Notes: a model not told the origin generated them from the sequence alone. A stretch of 64,000 nt of DNA from an uncultured Gemmatimonadales bacterium (GCA_963793305.1 CAWBZV010000012.1:64001-128000), one strand, 5' to 3'. Counted from the stretch's first letter, positions 52,809 through 64,000 are shown. Made by a program: numbers and translations.

Positions 52809-54527
52809 GTGCAGCCGAGTGCACGCAATGCGGTGAGGTGCGCCTCGGTCGATACGCCCTCGGCGATCACCTGTAATCCAATGTGGTCGGCCAGTGCGTG
52901 GATCGTGCGGACGAGTTGCGCGAATCGCTGTTCGCGGTCCATGGCCGAGACGAAGGTGCGGTCGATTTTGACGGCGTTGAGAGGGAGGCGGTCGAGCACA
53001 CCGAGCGACGAGTAGCCCATCCCGAAATCGTCCAGGTGTACTTGTACCCCAAGCGATTTCAATGAGCGGAGCCGCTCGATCGCCACCTCCGGCTGTTCAA
53101 TGAGGACGCTTTCCGTGAGCTCCAGATGGAGCCAGGTCGGGTCGACCTTGTGCTGCTGGAGCGCGGCCGCGACGACCTGCACGAAGTCCGCTCGCACGAG
53201 TTGGCGCACGGATACGTTGACCGCCATCGTGAGTGGCGGACGCTCGGGGAACATCTCGTGCCACATGCGAAGCTGGCGGCAGGCTTCGGTCAGCACCCAT
53301 GCGCCGAGGCTGACGATCAGACCCGTTGACTCCGCGACGCCGATAAACGTCGCCGGCGCGATCAGGCCTCGATCCGCGTGTCTCCATCTGACCAGCGCTT
53401 CAAATCCCACGATGCGCCCGTCGGCCAGTGCGATGATCGGCTGGTAGTGCAGCTCGAACGACTGCTTCTCGACGGCCCGCCGGAGATCGGTCTCCAGGCG
53501 CAAGCGTTCGAGCGCGTCGGCGTGCATGGCGGGGTCGAACACGGCAAATCGTGCTCGGCCCGCGGCCTTGGCGCGCCCCATCGCGAGGTCGGCGCTGCGC
53601 AACAGAATGCTCGGGGCGTGTGCTGCCGTTGTCGCTCAGGGCGATGCCGAAGCTGGCCGAGGTAAAGACCTCGTAGCCACTGATGTCAATCGCCGAGGTC
53701 AGCGCCTCCAGTGCGCGCTCCGCCACGCGCGCGGCGTCGGCGGGGGAGTCGATGCGCTCCAACAGGAACGCGAACTCATCGCCGCCGAGTCGCGCGACGG
53801 TGTCCTCGGACCGCGAGCAACCCGAGAGGCGCCGGGCGACGGCGACCAGGAGCTCATCGCCGGCCGTGTGACCGAGGCTGTCGTTGACGACGCGGAAGTT
53901 GTCGAGATCGAGGAGCACGACCGCAAATGAGCCGGCGCGACGTTCAGAACGGCGAGCGGCGCGGTCGAGTCGCTCCATGAAGAGCAGGCGGTTGGGAAGG
54001 CCGGTCAGTGCGTCGTGCAGCGCCTCGTGGCGTTGGCGACGCTCGACGCGTTCCCGGCGCGCAAGGCGGCGGCGGAGCGCCAAATCCGTGGCGGCCGCGG
54101 CCGCGTGCTCGGTGAGCACCGCGATGTCCGACGCGCTCCACTCGCGTGGGACGGCATCGACGACGCAGAAGATGCCAATCGGGTGTCCATCGTCGGCCGC
54201 GAGCGGCACGACCGCGTATGCGCCCACGTTTGGGCCGAGCTGTTTGCCCTCCTTGGTATCGTCGACGATGACCGGCGTGCCATCGTCGAGCGCGCGGTCG
54301 CAGACGCCTGAGCGAAACAGGAGGCCAGGATCATGCGCCAGCCAGTCCGGGGGCTCGACGCCACCAACAAAGCACCGGCGGTCATCGCCCACCAGCGCCA
54401 GCACAGCCGCGGGGGCTCTGAGAGCAGTCGCCGCCAGCCGCGCCGCGCGCTCCAGCGAGGCCGCGAGCGTACCGTCGAGTGGCGCGAAAGGCTGCGACGT
54501 TGGCTCGCGCTGGGGAGGGGCGGACAT
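52727..54527 (-). CDS. GAF-GGDEF-EAL diguanylate cyclase/phosphodiesterase (frameshift ~53605)
   Basis: HDALTGLPNR, RLGGDEF, FEALVRW, LDDFG, GQGYLFS. Confidence 0.93.
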
Positions 54528-54643
54528 ACTATCCAAGGACGTGACCGTCGCCGTTCACGTCACGGCAAAAGCTCCCTACGCAGCGCTTCGCGACTGCTTA
54601 AAGCTAGCTCGAGATGTGTACGGTGGCCGCGGAGCGGCCCTGT

Positions 54644-55090
54644 TTACTTCGTGGCGGCGAGGCGCTCGAGGAGCGACTCGAGATCCTCGCGCTCTTTGGC
54701 GTTGAACGCGTCGACGACCGCGCGCTCCTCGGCGTCGAGGAGTCGTGCTGCCTCGCCGTGGCGGTCGGCACCTAAAGACGTCAGCTGCGCCCGCACGCTC
54801 CGACGATCGCTGGGGTCCTGCGACCGGACGACGAGGCCGTCGGCTTCGAGGCGATCAATGAGCGCCGTCATATTGGATTTGACACACGCATTGCGCGCAG
54901 CAAGCTCGCCGAGCGGCAGAGGAGCTCCCGCCTGCACCAAGTGGTCCAGCACATGGAACTTGGGCAGCGAGAGCCCGAGGGTCGCCAGCACGGATTCGAG
55001 CTTTGCCTCGCACGCATCCGCCGCGCGGAAGAGCGCCGGCGTCAGACCCTGCCGACGCTCGCAGGGTCCCGCCTCTTCCTTATAGTCCAC
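54644..55090 (-). CDS. MarR-family regulator
   Basis: LIDRLEADGLV and DRRS. Confidence 0.9.
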   Translation of the reverse strand: MDYKEEAGPCERRQGLTPALFRAADACEAKLESVLATLGLSLPKFHVLDHLVQAGAPLPLGELAARNACVKSNMTALIDRLEADGLVVRSQDPSDRRSVRAQLTSLGADRHGEAARLLDAEERAVVDAFNAKEREDLESLLERLAATK

Positions 55091-55110
55091 CTATGAACAG
55101 TACCCGCTCC

Positions 55111-55431
55111 CTACCACGTCGTCAACCGGGGACGGCAACAAGCTCCGCGGAAGATCCAACTCACGATCATGCCGAGGATGACAATGGGCAGCACCAGGAG
55201 CAGCGCGATTTTCAAGAACGCGAGCACCAGCGCGCACACAACGGCAAAGACGACGAGCAATAAGAGCGGGATGCCGACCACCGCGAGGAGTATGAGTAAG
55301 AGCGGCACGCCGAGTACTGCCGCGACGATCGCGATGGGAAGACCGAACCCGAGAACCAAGATTGCGCCGACTGGGACGAGCACCACGATGGCGAACACGC
55401 CCCACAGGAACATCCTCAAGAGCCCACCCAT
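55111..55431 (-). CDS. Small, highly hydrophobic membrane protein
   Basis: AAGGAGG RBS; almost entirely hydrophobic 106 aa. Confidence 0.7.
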   Translation of the reverse strand: MGGLLRMFLWGVFAIVVLVPVGAILVLGFGLPIAIVAAVLGVPLLLILLAVVGIPLLLLVVFAVVCALVLAFLKIALLLVLPIVILGMIVSWIFRGACCRPRLTTW

Positions 55432-55503
55432 GACACAGCCTCCTTGACGGCATCTGGTACGTCGGCGAGCATTACAAAGTTTCGCCCGAATGGGTACCGA
55501 AAG

Positions 55504-56716
55504 ATGGGTCCGACCGGCACGGCAACGCTTCCTCTGCACTACGGGCGGGTACCCGCCTGGCTCTCCAGTCGCATGGCCAGCCTCGGCCGTATCATCACCC
55601 AGGCGGTCATCCTGCACTATGGGCGCGATGAGTACCTGCGCCGGCTGGCCCACCCGGGATGGTTCCAGGCATTCGGGGCCGTCATGGGCATGGACTGGCA
55701 CTCGTCGGGCATCACGACGTCCGTGCTCGGCGCCCTCAAGCGCGGTCTCGCCCCAGTCGAGGGCGAGCTCGGGCTGCACGTGTGTGGCGGGCGTGGGAAC
55801 GAATCGCGAAAAACGCCGGCCGAGCTGCTCTGGCTCTCTCCGATCGCCTCGGTCTCGATGGGGAGTTCGCTCGTTCGTACGAGCCGACTCGTCGCCAAGG
55901 TCGACAGCGCGGCGATTCAAGACGGCTACGATATCTATCTCCACGGGTTCATCGTCGCGGACGATGGGAAGTGGGCGGTCGTGCAACAAGGCATGTGTGG
56001 TGCTCGCAAAGAAGCGCGTCGCTATCACTGGCTCAGCGAGCGTCTCACCGATTTCGTGGATTCGCCGCACGCGGCCATCGACGGGCTTCCTGCTTCGACG
56101 GCGATCGTCAATCTCACGGATCATCGCGCGTGCGCTGCGCGCAACGCGCAAATTGCCCTCGTGCACGACGGCCCCGACCGCGTCGTACGGGAGCTGTCGA
56201 AATTGCGGCCGACGGAGACTCTCGAGTTGCCATTTCATCACGACGTGAGAGCCGAGGACGTTCGTGCTCCGGCGCTTACGAGGTGCAATTACGGCGGCTC
56301 ATGAGAGAGGTCCCAAAGACTTTGCGGATCTGCTACTCACGCCCGGCGTGGGACCGCGGACGGTGTTCTCCCTTGCCCTCGTTGCCGAAGTCGTGCACGG
56401 CGCGCCGTCGCGATTCTCGGACCCGGCGCGATACTCGCTGGCGCATGGCGGCAAGGACGGACACCCGTACCCGGTGCCGCTCCGGATCTACGACGAGACG
56501 ATTCGCGTGATGAAAGACGCCGTCACCAAGGCCAAGCTCGGCGTCTCAGATCGCCTGTTCGCGATTCAACGACTGGACGCCGAGGTACGCCGGCTCGAGC
56601 GATCCGCAGGTACGATCGACTTCAATGCGTTTATTGAAGCCGAGTGGGAGCGAGGCGAACGGACCCCACGCGAGTATCCCACGCGAATGACATCACGCCC
56701 TTTGAGTCGACGTTGA
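55504..56716 (+). CDS. DUF763-domain protein (frameshifts ~55830, ~55865, ~56268)
   Basis: LPLHYG, GMDWHSSG, AKVD, RRYHW, GGKDGHPYPV. Confidence 0.92.
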
Positions 56717-57776
56717 TCGTAAATTGTTCGACCGGAGCACCGGAGCTCATGCTCATCGGGATGCGCGCGAGATCGGCTGTCGAGTCGTAGTCCGTCCCCC
56801 ACTCGTGGGTTTTCTTGCTGACCACGAGCGTCCACGCATCAGCCGTTGGCAAAGAGAAGAGGGTATACTCGCCAGCGGGAACCTTCGTGGCCCCGATCAT
56901 CGCGTCGCGATCGATCTTGAACCCGGTCGCCGCATTGGCGCCAGTGCGCCAGATGGCGTTGTAGGGCACCACGCCTCCAAAGATCGTGCGTCCGCGTTTG
57001 GACGGACGGCCGTAGTCGACGACGACGTGCATGGGCCCAACCGTTGATTCGACCTCGTCGCGCGGCGACATGTAGCCGAGTCCCCTGCCCGCGCTGTCGC
57101 GGGCGACGAACGCTGTCGCGTAGGCATCGATGTCGGGCGGCGGCACGCGCGTCACGATCGCCTGCAACGTCGCACCCGGCGACGTGGCGTCGAGCAACTC
57201 GCCCGCCGAGTCGATGTGCGCGCGAATGGTACCCACTGAGGTGGAGATCAGCACAGTATCCGGAGCCGTCTGCTTGGCGGTGCCGCCGAACGTGAGGTCC
57301 AAATAGAACGCAGCGACCGGCACGGGCTGGCCATGCGCGGCGATCGCGCGCTGGATGGGTGATTCGTACTCGGCGAAGGCCGGCTCATAGACCGGGACGC
57401 TGCCCGGCAGGTTCGGCATGGTGCGCATGTGGCGCGACGGCCCGCCGCCGAAGCGCATGATGTGGACCGAGTCGCCGCGGAAGTCGGCGTCGTAGCGATA
57501 CGTCTTCTTCGCGCCGGGCTTGGCGGACTCATAGAGCTGGATCGAGTACAGCGTCACCGCGCCATCGGGCGTCGTGTCGATGACGTACGATTGCCGCGAG
57601 GTTCCGGGACTCCGGAACAAGAACTCCCCGACGATCGAGTCCCGCGTGCGCGTGAAACGCTCGACGCCGATCGTGTCGTTGCCGAGGCGCGTGACGAATC
57701 CGCCGTGCTCGGGCGGGTCGGGCCGTGCGCACCCCATCGCGGCCATGAACAGAAGCGCGTAGCGGCGTCGCCACAT
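56631..57776 (-). CDS. DUF2911-domain lipoprotein, paralogue 2
   Basis: AMGC lipobox, SPRD, YGRPSKRGR, WRTGANAAT. Confidence 0.85.
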   Translation of the reverse strand: MWRRRYALLFMAAMGCARPDPPEHGGFVTRLGNDTIGVERFTRTRDSIVGEFLFRSPGTSRQSYVIDTTPDGAVTLYSIQLYESAKPGAKKTYRYDADFRGDSVHIMRFGGGPSRHMRTMPNLPGSVPVYEPAFAEYESPIQRAIAAHGQPVPVAAFYLDLTFGGTAKQTAPDTVLISTSVGTIRAHIDSAGELLDATSPGATLQAIVTRVPPPDIDAYATAFVARDSAGRGLGYMSPRDEVESTVGPMHVVVDYGRPSKRGRTIFGGVVPYNAIWRTGANAATGFKIDRDAMIGATKVPAGEYTLFSLPTADAWTLVVSKKTHEWGTDYDSTADLARIPMSMSSGAPVEQFTINVDSKGVMSFAWDTRVGSVRLAPTRLQ

Positions 57777-58894
57777 GGACACGTCCAATGCGTGTGTCCC
57801 AAGCAAACGAGAGACCGTCGGTATCGAACCCAATCGTGAATTGCTCGACCGGGGCTCCGGAGCTCACGGTCATCGGGATGCGTGCCAAGATCCGCGGTCG
57901 AGTCGTAGTCGGTGCCCCACTCTTTGGTCTTCTTACTGACGATCAGCGTCCACGCATCGGCGGTGGGGACCGAGAACAGCGTGTACTCGCCGGCCGGGAC
58001 TTTCGTGTCGCCGATCGTGAGATCGCGGTCGGTGACGAGCGTGGTCGCCGCGTTCGCCCCGGTCCGCCAGACGGTGTTGTACGGGATGACCCCGCCAAAG
58101 ATCGCGCGTCCCCGCTTGGACGGCCGACCATAGTCGACGAGCACGTGCGCCCCGCCAACCGTTGCCCGCACCGTGTCGCGCGGCGACAGCGTGCCCAGTG
58201 ACTTACCTTGCCCATCGCGCGCGGCGAAGAGCAGCACCCATTTGTCGAGATCGGGATACGGGATTCGTGTGACCGTCGCCTGCAACGTCCCGCCGGGGTC
58301 CGTCGCGTACATGATCTCGCCAGTCGCGTCAGTCTCGACGCGGATCGTATCGGTCGGCGTCCGGATCAGCACGAGTCCGGGCTTGGCGCGGATGACGGTG
58401 CCAGTGTCCGGCCCGTCGCCGACGAACCACCAGGAGAAGTCGACCGGCTTGCCCGCGGCCGCGAACGCGCGGCTCACCACGATCTCGTGCAATCCGTACG
58501 CCGGCTCGAGGAGCGGCACGGCACCGCGCCGCACCCAGGCAGCCTGCGTCCGCGTCGCGTCGCCGCGCTTGACCGTCACCAATACGGAGTCGCCGCGCAA
58601 CTGGGCATCGTACCGGACGCGAACGGGCGAATCCGCGCCTCCGGCCGTGTAGACCACCGCGGTATACGACGCGACGTTGCCATCGCGCCCCATGCGCGCG
58701 ACATACGCATAGCGCGTCGTTTTTGGACTGCGGCCGATCATCTCGCCCGTGATCGAATCGCGGGTACGGACGAAACGCTCGACCGCGATCGTGTCGCTGC
58801 CGAGCCGGGTGACGAACCCGCCACGCTCGGGGCCATCCTGCGCGCCGGCGCTCGTCGCGAGAACCACGAGCGCCGCACCCGCCAGTATTCTCAT
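57760..58894 (-). CDS. DUF2911-domain protein, paralogue 1 (frameshift ~57886; 3' end uncertain)
   Basis: Signal peptide, SPRD, YGRPSKRGR, WRTGANAAT. Confidence 0.8.
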
Positions 58895-58949
58895 ACGATG
58901 ACATTGGGGCGCCTATGACGCGACCGCAAGACACTAATATTTTCTTGAC

Positions 58950-60009
58950 ATGCTGAACGACGCAGTCTGCCTCGCCGACCTCGAGCCCCTCGCTCGGCGC
59001 GTGATGACGCCGATGGCCTTCGAGTACGTCTCTGGTGGCGCCGGGGACGAGCGCACGCTCGCCTGGAATACCGAGGCATGGACACGCATACGCCTGCGAC
59101 CGCGCGTGCTCACCGACGTCTCGACGCTCGACACATTGGTGCGCCTGCTCGGCGACACGCTGTCATTGCCGCTACTGCTGGCGCCGGCGGCGTATCATCG
59201 CCTGTTCCATCCCGAGGGTGAGCTGGCGACCGCACGCGGTGCGGCCGCAGCGAACGTGCCATATGTCGTGAGCACGTGCACGACGACGTCGCTTGAGGAG
59301 ATCGCGGCGGCCGCTCCGAATGGCGTGCGGTGGCTGCAGATCTATATCGCCGCCGACCGGAACCGCACGCGGGATCTCGTGCACGCGGCCGAGGCAACGG
59401 GCGTACGCGCGTTGTGTCTGACGGTCGACACGCCGGTCGCGGGCACGCGCAACCGCGAGCAACGGACGGGCTTCGCGCTGCCCGCCACGTGCGTCACACC
59501 GTATATGCGCCACGTCGCGGGTCCCGATGGTCCAGGGTTACCCTTCGTCGCGATCACATGGCGCGATGTCGAGTGGCTGCGCGCACAGACGCGCCTGCCC
59601 GTGCTGCTCAAGGGCATCCTGACGGGCGAGGACGCCGCCCTGGGCGTCGACAGCGGCGCCGCCGGCATTGTCGTGTCGAATCACGGCGCGCGCAATCTCG
59701 ACACCGTGCCGGCGTCTATCGATGCCTTACCCGAGGTCGTCGAAGCCGTCACGAGGGCGCGTCCCGGTACTCCTCGACGGCGGCGTCCGACGCGGCACCG
59801 ACATCGTCAAGGCGCTCGCGCTCGGCGCGACCGCCACCATGATCGGCCGACCGTACCTCTATGGCCTCGCGCTCGGCGGCGCCGAGGGGATCGAGCACGT
59901 CGTGCGAATCTTACGCGCCGAGCTGGAGAGCGCACTTTCTCTCATCGGCCGGCCAACGGCGTCGACGCTCGACCGCTCCGCGATGTGGGATACGACGGCG
60001 TCTCGTTAG
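58950..60009 (+). CDS. FMN-dependent alpha-hydroxy acid oxidase (frameshift ~59752)
   Basis: LRPRVL, LTVD, SNHGAR, then [18 protein letters not shown]. Confidence 0.92.
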
Positions 60010-60455
60010 TCAGGGACGCGCATCCAGTGTCAGGAGCTGCCCCGTTTCCCCGAATGCCAGCAGGGGCTCATCGCACGTCACGAGGTGTGCGGACAACGCA
60101 CGCGCCGTAGCCGCAATGAACCGATCTGCCGGATCGCGGGTCGTCAGATCCGTCAAACCGGTGCTGTCGAGCGCGATCGGCACCGTGAGCGCCACAACGC
60201 GTGCGCCTGGCGCATGCCGAGCGGCGGCAATCCAACTCGCGACATCGCGTGACAGCGTCAACCGTCCTTTCTTGACGAGCATGGCGACCTCCCACGCGGA
60301 GATGCTCGCCACGTATAACAGGCCGGCCTGCGCCGCGCGCTCTATCTCGGCCACCACTCCCGGTTTCTCATCCGGCTCACCAAGCCCTCGACCGCCCACA
60401 CCCAGACGTGCGTATCGAGTACGAGACGGCGAATGCGACGGACGCTAGCCGGCAT
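60010..60455 (-). CDS. vapC: VapC-family PIN toxin (frameshift ~60375)
   Basis: LVLDTHVWVW, SISAWEV, RDPADRFIAATA, LVTCD. Confidence 0.9.
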
Positions 60456-60690
60456 CGTCCTCGGTTGCGTCCCACGGCTCGTCAATGGGACTGACGAGAT
60501 CGCCCACAAAGGTCGCGGTGCCAGCCAGTCGGCCAATGAAATGCGGCTGCACCGTCAACGCAGGAACCAGGCGCACAACCGCGCGGCCACGCTTGGTCAC
60601 CGTGATCGGTTCACCGGTTGCCGCGACCTGATCCATCAACTTGAGGCACTTGGCTTTGAACGTGCCGGCGGGTATTCGCTTCATGGTCAT
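60445..60690 (-). CDS. Phd/YefM-family antitoxin
   Basis: AGTFKAKCLKLMDQV...ITVTKRGRAVVRLVP. Confidence 0.92.
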   Translation of the reverse strand: MTMKRIPAGTFKAKCLKLMDQVAATGEPITVTKRGRAVVRLVPALTVQPHFIGRLAGTATFVGDLVSPIDEPWDATEDDAG

Positions 60691-60706
60691 AAAGATATGA
60701 CCATGA
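60681..60706. promoter_or_regulatory. Toxin-antitoxin operator palindrome TCATGGTCATA-aaga-TATGACCATGA
   Basis: Perfect 11-bp inverted repeat overlapping the antitoxin start codon. Confidence 0.75.
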
Positions 60707-60742
60707 GAGCCATCGCGCAACCCTAGCTCGCGATCCGCAACA

Positions 60743-62035
60743 TTACGTCTCCCTGAGATACCCCCACGACAACAGCTTGTCGTGATCCTCGGCCCATCGG
60801 TCACCGACATCCATCCGATAGTACATATCGGGGATGAGGATGTTTTTGATCCGATTGTACGCCTGCTGCTGCGCCTGTCGCATGGTCGGCCCCAAGCCGA
60901 CGACCACGAGAACAACGCCGGACGTGCCGGCGACGAGCCACTGGCCGTTCACCTGCTTGACATCCTCGATGTGCACTTCCTCGGGCGTCGCCTTCTTGAA
61001 GACGATGACGGCGTCCTTCGACACCGCCTGAAACGTGCCCACGTCGTCGAACGGAAACGGAGAGACGACGATGCGGACGCCGAGCTGAAATCCCGATTTC
61101 ACGCGCAGCTTCGTCGCGGTACCGGCGGCCAGGTCGTACAGAAACTGGCCAATCGGCGTGAGCATCGCTTCTTGCTGGATCTGGATCGTTGGATAGCCGA
61201 AGCGAGACGTGAACTCCAACGGATAGATCCCGTTGCCGTTCACGATGCAGTTCAAGTCGATGTACCCGACGTACCCCTCTTCAGCGAGGCGACGTTCCAT
61301 TCGGGCGAGGGTCGACGTGAAGATCTTGTTGGGCCCACTCCAGAACATCGATGTCCCCATCTCACCCGTGGACGGCCCGATGTTGCCCGGAAACAGCTTC
61401 TTGTGCTCGAAATTGACGTTGATCGGCGTGACGAACTGCTTGCCGTTGAAAAACCCGCCGACCGCGACTTCCACGCCGACCACGCGGCGCTGCAGCTGAA
61501 ACACTTTGATCTCGGCCGAGAACGCGCGCTTATACGCCTCCAGCACGCGAATGACGTCGCCGCCATCCTCTTCCTCGCCAACGAACAGCCGGCGCTTCAC
61601 GTTCTGCGCCTCGCCACTCGGCTTGATCACGTACTCGTCCGGATTCTGCCGGACGAACTCGATCGCCTTGTCGAAGTCGTCGAATTCCTGATACCGCAGG
61701 ATATTCACGCCGGCCTTGCGAAGCTCCTCCTGGCCGAACGACCGGTCATCCTCCAGGCGATCCGTGTAGGCGGTCCCGCCCACGACGAGCTTCCCTTGGT
61801 TCCGCAGCTCTTCGGCCTTGGCCCCTTGGCCGAGCGTATCGTCGAACACAATGACGTCGGCCCAGTCCACATCGGCCCGCCAGTCGAGCGTCTTGGGCAC
61901 GAACCCATCGGCGATGTCCCGCTCGTTCTCGGCTTCGATGAAGAATTTGACCGCGTGGCCCTCTTTCTGGACTTGCCACGCAATGTCGCCGATTAGGCCG
62001 CCGATCGAGACGAAGAGGAAGTTTTTCGGTTCCAC
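60743..62035 (-). CDS. Atypical phosphoribosylamine-glycine ligase-like ATP-grasp enzyme
   Basis: YVIKP, EHKKLFPGNIGPSTGEMG, LEFTSRFGYP; lacks the canonical GSGGREH N-terminus. Confidence 0.8.
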   Translation of the reverse strand: MEPKNFLFVSIGGLIGDIAWQVQKEGHAVKFFIEAENERDIADGFVPKTLDWRADVDWADVIVFDDTLGQGAKAEELRNQGKLVVGGTAYTDRLEDDRSFGQEELRKAGVNILRYQEFDDFDKAIEFVRQNPDEYVIKPSGEAQNVKRRLFVGEEEDGGDVIRVLEAYKRAFSAEIKVFQLQRRVVGVEVAVGGFFNGKQFVTPINVNFEHKKLFPGNIGPSTGEMGTSMFWSGPNKIFTSTLARMERRLAEEGYVGYIDLNCIVNGNGIYPLEFTSRFGYPTIQIQQEAMLTPIGQFLYDLAAGTATKLRVKSGFQLGVRIVVSPFPFDDVGTFQAVSKDAVIVFKKATPEEVHIEDVKQVNGQWLVAGTSGVVLVVVGLGPTMRQAQQQAYNRIKNILIPDMYYRMDVGDRWAEDHDKLLSWGYLRET

Positions 62036-62057
62036 GCCTAAACCCTATATTAGGAAC

Positions 62058-63194
62058 ATGGCGACCACCTTTCTCAACACCGAACTGTTACCTGTCCGGG
62101 CGATGAGGACCTTGCCGGGACGGTACTTCTCCTCGCCGGCGATCCTGGCCGAGGAGGTCGACAAGATCTTCACGCAGCGGTGGCTGTGCGTGGGACGAGC
62201 GGATCGGATCGCCAATCCGGGTGAGTACTTCCTCCAGCCCGTCGGGCAGGAGAGCATCATCGTCGTCCGGGATCGCGCGGGCGGGATACACGCTCACTAT
62301 AACGTGTGCCGCCATCGCGGCACGCACATGATCGAGGCCGAGAAGGGGCGACTGGGCGAGACCATCCAGTGTCCCTATCACGCCTGGACGTATGCCCTCG
62401 ACGGGCGGCTCATCGGGTGCCCCTCGGCCGACGCTATCGACGGGTTTCGCAAATCCGACTACCCCCTGCATGGCGTCGCGACGCACGTTTGGGAAGGGTT
62501 CTTGTTTATCAATCTCTCGCGCCATCCGGAACCCTTCGAAGACGCCTATGCGCCAATGTTAGGGAGATTTTCGAGTTTCAATCTTCCGAACCTCAAGGTC
62601 GCGCAGCAGATCGATTACGACGTGAAGGCGAACTGGAAGCTGATCGTCGAGAACTATCAAGAGTGCTATCACTGCGCGCCGATCCACCCGGCCTTGGCCA
62701 AGCTCACTCCGCCGACGAGCGGCGAGATCGATTTGTACGAAGGGCCGTTTATTGGCGGATACATGGTGCTCAATGAAGAGCACGAGACCATGTCAATGAC
62801 CGGGCGCGCGTGTGGCGTGCCGGTGGCCGCGGATCTGCCGGCGATCGAGTATCCACGGATCTACTACTACTCGCTGTTCCCGAATGCGCTTCTCAGCGTG
62901 CACCATGACTACGTCATGTTGCATACGCTCTGGCCGCAAAGCGTCGATCGGACGTTGATTCACTGCTACTGGCTATTCAACGAGAAGTCGTTGAACAACG
63001 CCCAACTTGATCCGACCGATGGGATCAGATTCTGGGACATGACCAACAAAGAAGACTGGCACATCTGCGAGCAGAGCCAGCTCGGGGTCGTGTCGCGCGT
63101 GTATCAGCCCGGCCCGTACTCGAAGCGGGAGAACTGCTCAGCGGCCTTCGACGCCGAGGTGCTCCGCTCGCTGGGTCACACGCCGGAACACTGA
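62058..63194 (+). CDS. Rieske ring-hydroxylating oxygenase alpha subunit (choline/betaine-monooxygenase-like)
   Basis: NVCRHRG, CPYHAWTY, ENYQECYHC..IHP, EDWHICE. Confidence 0.92.
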   Translation: MATTFLNTELLPVRAMRTLPGRYFSSPAILAEEVDKIFTQRWLCVGRADRIANPGEYFLQPVGQESIIVVRDRAGGIHAHYNVCRHRGTHMIEAEKGRLGETIQCPYHAWTYALDGRLIGCPSADAIDGFRKSDYPLHGVATHVWEGFLFINLSRHPEPFEDAYAPMLGRFSSFNLPNLKVAQQIDYDVKANWKLIVENYQECYHCAPIHPALAKLTPPTSGEIDLYEGPFIGGYMVLNEEHETMSMTGRACGVPVAADLPAIEYPRIYYYSLFPNALLSVHHDYVMLHTLWPQSVDRTLIHCYWLFNEKSLNNAQLDPTDGIRFWDMTNKEDWHICEQSQLGVVSRVYQPGPYSKRENCSAAFDAEVLRSLGHTPEH

Positions 63195-64000
63195 CACGGC
63201 GTAGATCGCGCCACCGATCAGCGCGACCAGGACCGAGAACCCGACGAGCTTCGCGAGATAGAGGGTCGGGTTCTTCTCATCCGCGCCCGGCACACCGGCG
63301 AGCACCAGCGAGATCGCGGTCGTCGTAAACCCGATGATGCCGCAGGCGATCGCCACGGGCTTGCCGCCGGGCACCCGGCGCACGTGTGGCATCGCCGGGT
63401 CGCGCTGCACGCGGATGAGTGAGGCGAACAGGTACAGGTATGGGATGAAGTAGATGATGATCGAGGCGCTTAAGAAAAGATTGTAGGCGCTCGCCACGGT
63501 CGTTCCCGCTTGCCCCGCCACCGTGACCAGCACCGCGACGCCGGCCTGGATCAACATGGCGATGTGTGGCGTGCGCCACTTGGGGTGCAGCCGGCCGAAC
63601 GCGGGCGGGAGCACGCCATCGACCGCGGCCGCGTACGGCAACCGCGCGCTCGCCGCGAACCACCCGCCGATCTGCCCGAGCACGCCGACGATGAGAAAGC
63701 CGACCGCGATCGGTACGAGCCACGCCGCATGGATCCGCACGGCCGCGCTGGTGATAGCTTGCGGAACACCCTGGAGCGCGGTGACCTCCCCCATCGGGAG
63801 CGCGACCAGCACGGCGACCGTGCCGGCGATGAAGAGCGCCGCGATGCTGACGCCGGCGCCAAGCAAGGCGCGGGGGATCGTACGCGGATTGTCGTCGAGC
63901 TCCTCGCCCATAATCGAGGCGCTCTCGACCCCCGCGAACCCGAACGCGATCGTCGACCAGAAGATCATGTCGCGCAGGTGCGTGCTCGGCACGAAGGACT
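63138..64000 (-). CDS. APC-family permease (5' partial)
   Basis: AFGFAGVE, ARLPY, LHPKWRTPH. Confidence 0.9.
   Translation of the reverse strand, partial: SFVPSTHLRDMIFWSTIAFGFAGVESASIMGEELDDNPRTIPRALLGAGVSIAALFIAGTVAVLVALPMGEVTALQGVPQAITSAAVRIHAAWLVPIAVGFLIVGVLGQIGGWFAASARLPYAAAVDGVLPPAFGRLHPKWRTPHIAMLIQAGVAVLVTVAGQAGTTVASAYNLFLSASIIIYFIPYLYLFASLIRVQRDPAMPHVRRVPGGKPVAIACGIIGFTTTAISLVLAGVPGADEKNPTLYLAKLVGFSVLVALIGGAIYAVSVFRRVTQRAEHLGVEGR

Overview
This is a gene-dense, GC-rich bacterial chromosome segment. The gene mix (ADOP-type duplicated permeases with PadR, DUF2911 proteins, a BTAD regulator, a CocE/NonD hydrolase) suggests Gemmatimonadota or a similar soil lineage; that assignment is an inference. 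About 20 genes are split by single-base indels, most simply explained as long-read consensus errors, so they are annotated across the break. I found no rRNA, tRNA, CRISPR array, integrase or transposase. Recognisable content includes a cobalt nitrile hydratase operon, a Phd/VapC toxin-antitoxin pair with its operator, a HipA-like kinase plus DUF3037 pair, msrA, an AAC(6')-like acetyltransferase, a CLC transporter, a binding protein plus chemoreceptor pair, a GAF-GGDEF-EAL protein, an atypical PurD-like ligase and a Rieske oxygenase. The best candidate for an undescribed system is an AT-richer, translationally coupled pair at 3948-5449: an EACC1-like small protein followed by a Lit/U49-like HExxH protease. 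Other notable signals are back-to-back ECF-type promoters at 6012-6074, repeated leaderless TAnnnT-N5-7-start gene starts, an HTH gene missed by the ORF track, and SARP-type heptamer repeats. All family calls come from recognising motifs by eye, not from database searches.
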